From: Elusimicrobiota bacterium
GTDB taxonomy: Bacteria; Elusimicrobiota; Elusimicrobia; 2-02-FULL-39-32
Direction: 5' to 3'
Length of the DNA stretch: 64,000 bases
Assembly (NCBI GenBank): GCA_021730935.1
Contig: JAKFYJ010000021.1
Coordinates: 22,451-86,450 of the forward strand
Below the pieces are notes generated by a model. That model was given only the letters and a program-made list of their open reading frames with translations, was not told the DNA's origin and did no database searches. The translations under genes were made by a program, and so were the position numbers. This document shows, piece after piece, positions 56,501 through 64,000 of the stretch (position 1 is its first letter; each line of letters opens with the position of its first letter).

Positions 56501-57058
56501 TTATCGGACGAGTTTTTTTACGAGTTTTATAGGAAGCCCCATCACGCCCTGCCAATCTCCGTCGATTTTATTGACCAGCCGGTCCACTTTGTCCTGACAG
56601 GCATAAGACCCGGACTTGTCCAGATGTTTGCCCCCGATTTTGGGCGCCTCGTCTTTGGATATTTTCCTGAAATAAACCTTGCTCACCGACAGCCCGCTTT
56701 TCACTTTTCCGCTCTTTGAATTGATGAGAGCCACCCCCGTATAAACCCGGTGCATTTTTCCTGACAACTGCAAAAGCATATTGCCCGCGTGCCGGACCGA
56801 CCTGGGTTTGCCGAAAATTTTTCCTCTCAAGACCACGATCGTGTCCGCGCCTATCACGAGATGTTCATCTTCTTCAGATTTAATTTTGTTCGCAATTGAA
56901 CGAGCTTTTAAAACGGCAAGACGCCTCACAAACTTCGACGGAGATTCTCCCCGTTTGCGGTTTTCAGGCTCATGGCTCGGAATCACTTTGAAGTCCACGC
57001 CCATTTCTTTCAGGAGTTCTTTTCTGCGCGGTGATGAAGAAGCTAAAATCCATTTCAT
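56501..57058 (-). CDS. maf: Maf-family nucleoside triphosphate pyrophosphatase
   Basis: ILASSSPRRKELL, KA, IGADTIV, GKP, LSGKMH.VYTGV, DKSGSY, VMGLP. Confidence 0.92.
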   Translation of the reverse strand: MKWILASSSPRRKELLKEMGVDFKVIPSHEPENRKRGESPSKFVRRLAVLKARSIANKIKSEEDEHLVIGADTIVVLRGKIFGKPRSVRHAGNMLLQLSGKMHRVYTGVALINSKSGKVKSGLSVSKVYFRKISKDEAPKIGGKHLDKSGSYACQDKVDRLVNKIDGDWQGVMGLPIKLVKKLVR

Positions 57059-57120
57059 GGGTGGTTATTTTATCAAAAATGGTAGAATGACTGACTCAAA
57101 ATAAATCAGGAGGCGCAAAA

Positions 57121-57282
57121 ATGGCCATCATTTCGGAGTCGGAATATAAAGGGAACCCCATGATCGTGATCAAGAACTCGGAAGAAGACAAATTTCCGTT
57201 TCAGTTTGGAGTGAAGAAGGCGAAGCTGGTGCTTGAGAATGTGGAAGCGATCAGGAAGTTTGTTGAGAAGTACGAGAAATAA
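57121..57282 (+). CDS. 53-aa small protein missing from the ORF track
   Basis: MAIISESEYKGNPMIVIKNSEEDKFPFQFGVKKAKLVLENVEAIRKFVEKYEK; AGGAGG 7 nt upstream; TGgTAGAAT at 57080-57088. Confidence 0.85.
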   Translation: MAIISESEYKGNPMIVIKNSEEDKFPFQFGVKKAKLVLENVEAIRKFVEKYEK

Positions 57283-58738
57283 AATATTCGTAGTTGCCGG
57301 GATAAAAAGTGACCTTGCCGTGATGCACGTGCACGACGTGGCTGGCGAGAGCGTTCACAAAATATAGATCGTGGCTGATGAAGCAGAGCGTGCCCTCGAA
57401 TTCTTTCAGGGCCGAGATCAGGGCTTCCACGCTGTCCAGATCCAAATGGGTGGTGGGCTCGTCCATCAAAAGCACGTTGGGCGGGTCCAAAAGAATTTTC
57501 ACGAGGGAAAGCCGGCTTTTCTCTCCTCCGCTCAAAACCTTCACGGGCTTGAAAACCGTCTCCCCCTGAAATAAAAAGCTTCCCAAAATTGTCCTCACCG
57601 TCTGTTCCGAATGGTCCCTCGGCGTGTTGAGGGCTTCCTGAAGCACGGTCTTTTCCGGGTCCAGGGAATCGGCTCGGTGCTGGGAAAAATATCCCACCTT
57701 CACGTTCAGCCCCAAAATTCTTTCACCTTTGTCGAAGGGGATCGCGTCCGCCAGCATTTTTAAGAGCGTGGATTTGCCCGCGCCGTTGTGCCCCACGAAA
57801 GCCACTTTCCAGTTCCGCTCCAGCTCAAAGTTTAGATTTTCATAAACTTTGATTTTATCGTAAGACTTATAAATTCCCTTGAGGGCGATGGTTCGGACGC
57901 CCGTGCGCTGGGGCTGGGGGAATTTGATCTTCATCTTGCGGGCTTCTTCGGGGAGCTCGATCTTTTCCATCTTCTCAAGGCGTTTGATGGCGCTCTGGGC
58001 GCGGCTCGCGGTTGAAGCCCGTGCGCGGTTCCGGTTGATGAAATCTTCCATGTCAGAAATTTCTCTCTGCTGGGCGGCATAGGCCGTTTGGAGGCGCTCT
58101 TTTTCAGACGCTTTTTCCCTCAAATAATATTCGTAGTTGCCGTGATAAATTTTGAGTCTCTTCTCCTGCACGCTCACCACGGATTTGCAGACGGTGTTGA
58201 TGAAATTCCTGTCGTGCGAAATCAGGAATATGGATCCGCGGTAATTGAGCAGATAATTCTGGAACCAGAGCATGGATTCCAGATCGAGGTGGTTGGTGGG
58301 TTCGTCCAGCATAAGCAGGTTGGGCTCTTCCAAAAGGAGGCGCGCCATGGCGACCCGCATCGCCCATCCGCCAGAGAGCGTGTTCACTTTTCGCTCGAAA
58401 TCGGTGGTCTTGAACCCAAGCCCCATGAGGATGGATTTGGCTTTGGCGGCCATCTTTCCGTCCGGATCCGTTGTGTGAGCCAACGCTTCTTCAACGACGC
58501 TCAGCTCCGACATCGGCGCGTTTTCCTGGGGCAGATATCCGGTGGTGATGCCGCGCTTGAATTGGATTTCGCCGGAATCCGGGAAATCTTCGCTGAGAAG
58601 CATTTTGAAAAGCGTGGATTTTCCCGCGCCGTTGGGGCCCACCAAAGCGAAACGATCTCCGGAATTGATCTGGAGGTTGGCTCCTTCAAAAAGCGTCTGG
58701 AGCCCAAAGGACTTGTGAACTTCACGAATAGTTATCAT
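57251..58738 (-). CDS. ABC-F family ribosome-associated ATPase
   Basis: Two ABC domains (GPNGAGKST/LSGGW/LDEPTNHLD and GHNGAGKST/LSGGE/MDEPTTHLD), GNY linker, no TM segments. Confidence 0.93.
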   Translation of the reverse strand: MITIREVHKSFGLQTLFEGANLQINSGDRFALVGPNGAGKSTLFKMLLSEDFPDSGEIQFKRGITTGYLPQENAPMSELSVVEEALAHTTDPDGKMAAKAKSILMGLGFKTTDFERKVNTLSGGWAMRVAMARLLLEEPNLLMLDEPTNHLDLESMLWFQNYLLNYRGSIFLISHDRNFINTVCKSVVSVQEKRLKIYHGNYEYYLREKASEKERLQTAYAAQQREISDMEDFINRNRARASTASRAQSAIKRLEKMEKIELPEEARKMKIKFPQPQRTGVRTIALKGIYKSYDKIKVYENLNFELERNWKVAFVGHNGAGKSTLLKMLADAIPFDKGERILGLNVKVGYFSQHRADSLDPEKTVLQEALNTPRDHSEQTVRTILGSFLFQGETVFKPVKVLSGGEKSRLSLVKILLDPPNVLLMDEPTTHLDLDSVEALISALKEFEGTLCFISHDLYFVNALASHVVHVHHGKVTFYPGNYEYFISRTSQQTS

Positions 58739-58770
58739 ATGGAGCCGTAAATCTTATAAAATTAAAGAAC

Positions 58771-60363
58771 ATGAAGCCACACACAGGACCCAGGCCCAAC
58801 TTCGCGAGCATCCTGGAGAACGCTCTCGGAAGCAAGAAAACTTTGGAATGTCAGGTCACTTTGCATTTGGGGCCCGCCAATTCCGGCAAGACCTATGATT
58901 CCGTCCAGGCCCTGAAATTTTCTTCCAGCGGGGTTTATCTGGCGCCTCTCCGTTTGCTCGCCTGGGAAGTGGCGGACAAACTCAAAAGCGAAGGACACCT
59001 CTGCTCGCTTTTGACCGGCGAAGAAAAACTCATGATCCCGGACGCGCCGTTTTTATCCTCGACGGTGGAAATGTTCAACCCTGACAATTATGCCGAGTGC
59101 ATCATCCTCGACGAAGCTCAAATGATCGCGGACGATCAAAGGGGCTGGGCCTGGATGCGGGTGCTGGCGCAAGCTCAAGCCAAACGGTTGGAAATCATCG
59201 CTTCGCCGGACGCGGAAAAATTGCTCCTCAAGATTCTGCATAAACTTGGATACACCGTAAAAGTCGCGAGGCACGAGCGGCTGGCGCCTCTCACGGTGGC
59301 TGACAAACCCTGGCGGATCGATCGGCCCGAAGAGCACACCATTTTTGTTTCCTTCAGCCGGGGCGGCGTCCTGAGTCTAAAAACATTTTTTGAAAGAAGA
59401 GGATGGTCGGTTGCCGCGATTTATGGAAACCTGCCTCCGGAAGTGAAACGCAAGCAGGCGGAACGGTTTTTGAGCGGCGAGGCCAAACTCTGTGTCGCCA
59501 CAGACGCCATCGGCATGGGCATGAATTTGCCCGCGTCCAAAGTTTGTTTTACGTCGATGTCGAAATATGACGGGCAAAGCCAGAGAGATTTGACCCCGGC
59601 GGAAGCGCGCCAGATCGCGGGCCGGGCGGGCCGTTTCGGCGTGAAAGAGTCCGGAGAGGCCGGAGCTCTCACCCGCGAAGATGTTGAGCTTCTGAGGGTT
59701 TTGCTCCAAGTGAAACCTGCAGATTTGGAATACGCGAGAATTTCTCCCGAACTTGAAGACCTCGCTCATTTGCGCGGCCCCCTGTCCCATCGCCTGGAAG
59801 TCTGGGAAAAACAGAAGGCAATTCCGGAAGGATTGAAAGACGTTATCCTGCCGTCTGATTTGGAACACCAAAAAACTTTGGCCGCTCTCATGAAGGAAAA
59901 GGATGTCGAACAGCTCGGGCTGGACGCCGCGTTCACGCTCATCAAGGCCCCGGCCAGCAGAGAAACATTCGGATATTGGTGGGCCTGCGTGCAAAGCATA
60001 TTGTCGGGGAAACCCTTCCCAGTCCCCGTTGCCCTTGCGCACGGGCAGGCCATCCGGAGCGACGATCCTCTTTTAAATTCGGAAAATGTTGTCGGCCAAT
60101 GCGATGTTTATCTTTGGCTCAGCAACCGCGCGGAACTTGCGCAGTTCGGAAAGGAAAAAGAAAAAGTTTTGGAATATAAGTGGAAACTGATCGAACACAT
60201 CGACGCGACCCTGGCATCCCAAAGCGACATGAGCCGCAAATGCAGAAAATGTTTCAGGAAACTCCCCGCCGTCCACGATTTCGGCGTCTGCCAAAACTGT
60301 TTCCAGCAAGGCCGCCGCAGGCACTTCGCCCGCCCCAAACATAAAAAATTTCGCTTTCGTTAA
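58771..60363 (+). CDS. Suv3-like SF2 helicase with a C-terminal Cys4 motif
   Basis: HLGPANSGKTY, YLAPLRLLAWE, STVEM, DEAQM..D.QRGWAW, ATDAIGMGMN, QIAGRAGR; CRKC..CQNC. Confidence 0.9.
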   Translation: MKPHTGPRPNFASILENALGSKKTLECQVTLHLGPANSGKTYDSVQALKFSSSGVYLAPLRLLAWEVADKLKSEGHLCSLLTGEEKLMIPDAPFLSSTVEMFNPDNYAECIILDEAQMIADDQRGWAWMRVLAQAQAKRLEIIASPDAEKLLLKILHKLGYTVKVARHERLAPLTVADKPWRIDRPEEHTIFVSFSRGGVLSLKTFFERRGWSVAAIYGNLPPEVKRKQAERFLSGEAKLCVATDAIGMGMNLPASKVCFTSMSKYDGQSQRDLTPAEARQIAGRAGRFGVKESGEAGALTREDVELLRVLLQVKPADLEYARISPELEDLAHLRGPLSHRLEVWEKQKAIPEGLKDVILPSDLEHQKTLAALMKEKDVEQLGLDAAFTLIKAPASRETFGYWWACVQSILSGKPFPVPVALAHGQAIRSDDPLLNSENVVGQCDVYLWLSNRAELAQFGKEKEKVLEYKWKLIEHIDATLASQSDMSRKCRKCFRKLPAVHDFGVCQNCFQQGRRRHFARPKHKKFRFR

Positions 60364-60806
60364 AAAAGGCCGCTCAGAAAAGTTTTGATCATCTTCCACT
60401 TGAAGAGGATGATCATCGCGGCGACATAGGCGGGAATGGCATAGACTAAAAATTTGACGATTTTTTCCTGCGTCGAGCTCACTCCTGACCAGCTCATCCC
60501 GCTTCCCTCGCTCATGGCCCGCATCTTGATCAGTTCGTCCAGGTTGCTTTTGATGGCGTCTTGGTCTTTGTCATATCCCGAGCGGGTCACGCGGTCTTCA
60601 ATATTGATGGCGGGTTTCAGCTCGCTCAGCAGTTCATACGCTTCCTGAATCTTCTTAAACTTTTTTTCCGCGATCTGTTTGTCGATTTCGTCCTGGTGTT
60701 TGTCGGGGTGATGCTTGACGGCGAGTTCGCGATAGGCCTTGCGGATGTCGCTTTTGGAGGCGGCGGCGTCCAGCCCCAGGGCCTTGATGGCTTCGTCGAA
60801 GGTCAT
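60360..60806 (-). CDS. J-domain protein with a C-terminal membrane anchor
   Basis: LGL...AS..DIRKAYRELAVKHHPDK..FKKIQEAYELL; hydrophobic tail. Confidence 0.9.
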   Translation of the reverse strand: MTFDEAIKALGLDAAASKSDIRKAYRELAVKHHPDKHQDEIDKQIAEKKFKKIQEAYELLSELKPAINIEDRVTRSGYDKDQDAIKSNLDELIKMRAMSEGSGMSWSGVSSTQEKIVKFLVYAIPAYVAAMIILFKWKMIKTFLSGLF

Positions 60807-60864
60807 ATTTAATTGTAACGGGGGAACCCCTGATTTTCAAGGGTTATGTATAATGTTGTGTCCG

Positions 60865-62241
60865 ATGGCGAACCTGGGCGACAAGATAAACATAAGCATT
60901 GAAAAGCTCTCTCTGGGCGGGGACGGAATCTCGCGCACGGACGGGATGGTTGTCTTTACGCCTTATGTGGTTCCGGGAGAAGTCATTGAAGCCAGGATCG
61001 TGGACCAGCGCAAGACGTTCGCCCGGGCTGTCCCGACCAAGATCATCAAGAGCGGGACGGGTCGCGTCCTTCCGGAATGCGAGCATTTTTTTACGGTCTC
61101 TCACGGCAAATGGTGCGGCGGCTGTGATTATCAGCACCTGAAATATTCGGTTCAGCTTCAGGCCAAACTCGCGGCGTTCAAGGAAACTCTGGAGAAGATC
61201 GGGGGCCTCAAACCGGGGGTGAACGAACCTCTCGGCATGGCTCCCGGGGAAGAGTGGCGATACCGCAACAAGATGCAGGCGCCTTTCGCGATGCTGGGCG
61301 GGAAAGTGGTGGCGGGGTTTTATTCGCCCGGCAGTCACGACATCGTTCCCCTCAAAGATTGCCTGATCCATTCCGAGTCCATGGTTTCCGTCCTGCATGG
61401 CGTTTTGAAGCGCATGAATGACTGGAAGATGGAACCCTATTCCGAAAAGAGCCGAAAAGGCTGGCTCCGCCATCTGGTCTTGCGCGAAGAGCTCTCAAGC
61501 GGGAAGATCCTGGTCACGTTCGTGACTGCGTCGGAATTTTTGCCCAAAAAAGACATTTGGGTCTCCGAGCTCAGAAAAGAATTTCCAAAAATCGCAGGCA
61601 TCTGCCAGAACATCAACCCTGAGAAAACCAACGTCATCCTGGGGCGGAAATGGCGGTGCCTCTCAGGCCGGGATTTTCTGACGGAGAATGTCTGCGGCGC
61701 GCGCCTGAAAGTTTCCGCGAGCTCTTTTTTTCAGGTGAACACAAAAATGGCTGAGCGTCTTTATGGTTTGGTCCGGGACTGGGCGGGCCTTGGAAAAATT
61801 TTGCTGGACCTTTATTGCGGCGTGGGCGGCATCGGGCTTCTGTGCGCTCCGTTCTTCGAGCAGGTTTTTGGAGCCGACGAAGTCCCTTCCTCCATCAACG
61901 ACGCGATCGAAAACGCGAAAATAAACAAAGCGTCCAACTGCAAATTTTATCTGAAAGACACGCGCGATTTTCTGAAAGACCTGCGCCGGACCGCCTTTGA
62001 TCCCGAGATGGTCGTGGTTCTTGATCCGCCCCGCGCGGGCTGTTCGCCGGAAGTGTTGACGCATCTGTCCAAACTCGCGCCCTTGAAAATCATTTATGTT
62101 TCCTGCGACCCCGGAACGCTCGCGCGGGACCTGAAAATTTTATGCGCGGATAAATATTCAGTCGAAAAAGTACAGCCTGTGGATCTTTTTCCCCAATCCT
62201 CCCACCTGGAGTCCGTGACGCTCCTCAAGCGGATTCGATAG
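60865..62241 (+). CDS. rlmD: 23S rRNA (uracil-C5)-methyltransferase RlmD/TrmA family
   Basis: TRAM-like N-terminus, C..CGGCDYQH, YRNK, SFFQVN, DLYCGVG, LDPPRAG, YVSCDP.TLARD, DLFPQS.HLE. Confidence 0.9.
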   Translation: MANLGDKINISIEKLSLGGDGISRTDGMVVFTPYVVPGEVIEARIVDQRKTFARAVPTKIIKSGTGRVLPECEHFFTVSHGKWCGGCDYQHLKYSVQLQAKLAAFKETLEKIGGLKPGVNEPLGMAPGEEWRYRNKMQAPFAMLGGKVVAGFYSPGSHDIVPLKDCLIHSESMVSVLHGVLKRMNDWKMEPYSEKSRKGWLRHLVLREELSSGKILVTFVTASEFLPKKDIWVSELRKEFPKIAGICQNINPEKTNVILGRKWRCLSGRDFLTENVCGARLKVSASSFFQVNTKMAERLYGLVRDWAGLGKILLDLYCGVGGIGLLCAPFFEQVFGADEVPSSINDAIENAKINKASNCKFYLKDTRDFLKDLRRTAFDPEMVVVLDPPRAGCSPEVLTHLSKLAPLKIIYVSCDPGTLARDLKILCADKYSVEKVQPVDLFPQSSHLESVTLLKRIR

Positions 62242-62255
62242 TCCCGGAAATTTTC

Positions 62256-64000
62256 GTGAACGCTTTCATCCGTCCCTGGCAAAAGTTCGACAGCCTCCTC
62301 GACCAGCTTGACCGGGAAAAAACAGTTCAGGTTTCCAATCAGTCCGGCCTTGTCTATTTAATTTTGCGCGCCGCTCTCAAAGGCCGTTCCGTGCTTGCGG
62401 TCTGTGAAGAAGAAAGCATGGACGCTCTGTGCGATGATTTCAGGGCTGTCTGCTCTCCGTTCGAGGTTTTCAAAGACTGGTCTGTGGGCGTGATGCCTTT
62501 TGAGTCCATCGCGGAAAAAAACGCGAGGTTTGAAGAAGCGGGCCATTCCAAAGGACTCGTGTGGTTCGCTTCCAGGCCGTCGGTCCTCGAACTTTCACTT
62601 TCCAGGTCCGAGTTTTCGGAAACCCGATTCCCTCTCAAGGTCGGGAAAAACGTGAATTATCATAAATTTGTGTCGCACTTGAGCGAACAGGGTTATGAGA
62701 GGACTCACGCCGTTGAAAGCGTGGGGGAATTTTCAGTGAGAGGCGAGATCCTGGATTTCTGGTCTCCCAATTATCCGTCTCCGGCCCGCCTCATCTTCAT
62801 GAACGATGTCGTGGAGTCTCTCCATTTTTTCGAGCCGGGCGAACAGCGGACCCTTGAATTCGCGGCCGAGCTCGTGCTCGTTCCCTGCCGATCTGCGGAT
62901 TCGAACACGACGATGCTGGATCACCTCCCGCCCTCTGCGATCCTTCTCGACGCTTCAGAGGCCTCGATTAAATCAAATTTTCCGACGATAGAAATCATCC
63001 CTTCCGGCCGGGATCTGGGCCTCTCGCCCGCCGCTCCCGTGAGGCTTCAATGGGACCTCTTTAAAAAAGAGATAATGCAAAATGTTGAGCGCGGCATTGC
63101 CGACATTGTTTTCTGCAGGAACCAGGGCGAAGCTCAGCGCCTCGAAGACCATCTCGAGGACTTGCGCCTCCGCAGACAAGACTGGCCCGCAGTTTTGATC
63201 GGACCTCTGAATAAAGGTTTTCAGGCGGAAGAGCCCCAAATATCGGTGTGGAGTTTCCGTGAAATGGTGGGCGGCCCTCCGCCTGCCAGGCGTCTCCCCA
63301 AATGGAAAAGCGGGAGCATCCTGGACTCGATCCTTGAAATATCCGAGGGCGATTTTATCGTTCACGAAAATTTCGGCATCGGGCGATATCGGGGCCTTGA
63401 GCGCATGAGCTTCAAGCGCGGGCTGGAAACGGAATTTTTAAACCTTGAATATCGCGGCGGCGACCGGCTTTATGTTCCCATCCAGGAATTCCGCATGGTT
63501 CAGAAATATGTCGGAGCGGAAGGCAAACGGCCGGCTCTCAACTCTCTGGACAGAGCGGCCTGGGAACGGATGAAAGACAAAGTGAGGCGCGAAGTGGCGG
63601 ACCTTGCCCGCGAACTCCTCAAAACGGCGGCCTCTCGCGAAGCGATCCGCCGCCCGACAGAAGGGTTGACTCTCGCAGACCGCCCCGTCGAACAAATGAT
63701 GCGGGAATTTGAAGAAGCGTTTCCTTATGAGGAGACGCCGGACCAGGAAGAAGCCATAAGAAAGGTCCTGTCTGATTTGCAGAGCGACAAGCTGATGGAC
63801 CACCTGGTCTGCGGGGATGTCGGATACGGCAAAACGGAAATCGCCATGCGGGCCGCGTTCCGCACCGTCTGCGATTCAAAACAGGTTGCGGTTCTCGTCC
63901 CGACCACCATTTTGGCTGAACAGCATTACAAAACTTTTTGCGCCCGTTTCGCGGATTTTCCCGTAAAAATCGGACTGCTTTCGCGGTTTCAGAACAAGGC
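62256..64000 (+). CDS. mfd: Transcription-repair coupling factor (3' end runs off the window edge)
   Basis: Manual translation from GTG 62256: GEFSVRGEILDF, GDFIVHENFGIGRY..LYVPI, FPYEETPDQ, MDHLVCGDVGYGKTE, QVAVLVPTTILAEQHY, LLSRF. Confidence 0.93.
   Translation, partial: MNAFIRPWQKFDSLLDQLDREKTVQVSNQSGLVYLILRAALKGRSVLAVCEEESMDALCDDFRAVCSPFEVFKDWSVGVMPFESIAEKNARFEEAGHSKGLVWFASRPSVLELSLSRSEFSETRFPLKVGKNVNYHKFVSHLSEQGYERTHAVESVGEFSVRGEILDFWSPNYPSPARLIFMNDVVESLHFFEPGEQRTLEFAAELVLVPCRSADSNTTMLDHLPPSAILLDASEASIKSNFPTIEIIPSGRDLGLSPAAPVRLQWDLFKKEIMQNVERGIADIVFCRNQGEAQRLEDHLEDLRLRRQDWPAVLIGPLNKGFQAEEPQISVWSFREMVGGPPPARRLPKWKSGSILDSILEISEGDFIVHENFGIGRYRGLERMSFKRGLETEFLNLEYRGGDRLYVPIQEFRMVQKYVGAEGKRPALNSLDRAAWERMKDKVRREVADLARELLKTAASREAIRRPTEGLTLADRPVEQMMREFEEAFPYEETPDQEEAIRKVLSDLQSDKLMDHLVCGDVGYGKTEIAMRAAFRTVCDSKQVAVLVPTTILAEQHYKTFCARFADFPVKIGLLSRFQNK

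Noticed and set aside
1-64000. CRISPR array, prophage, transposase, rRNA, recognisable defence system
   Set aside because: No regularly spaced repeats or diagnostic protein motifs were seen by eye; weak ncRNAs or riboswitches cannot be excluded without a covariance search.

Overview
A 64-kb, gene-dense bacterial chromosomal window from a diderm organism. The gene content (giant multidomain protein, PorV-like barrels with FlgD/T9SS-like CTD partners, split gcvPA/gcvPB) suggests Elusimicrobiota or a related lineage; this is an inference. Most of the window is housekeeping or metabolic: hemH/hemN with a Crp/Fnr regulator, glycine cleavage and lipoate genes flanked by livK and livH, tRNA-Asp, dusB, an ATPase-only Rho, Maf, ABC-F, a Suv3-like helicase, rlmD and mfd. 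No integrase, transposase, prophage or CRISPR array was seen. The standout is a 2886-aa ORF (8275-16935). It has a putative TIKI/EreA/ChaN-like N-terminal domain, three fused glycosyltransferases (GT2, processive-type GT2, GT-C) in a locally AT-richer core bracketed by a repeated [RK]-S-x-G-A-[IM]-G motif, and an unassigned C-terminal domain, so it is a candidate 'chassis plus cargo' polyprotein. Other leads: a lamin-tail/PorV-HhH outer-membrane operon, a TetR-headed lipid-remodelling gene run, two apparent ATA starts overlapping upstream TAA stops, many apparently leaderless genes, REP-like palindromes inserted in frame in genes, and an unannotated 53-aa gene. All assignments come from reading motifs by eye; no searches were run.
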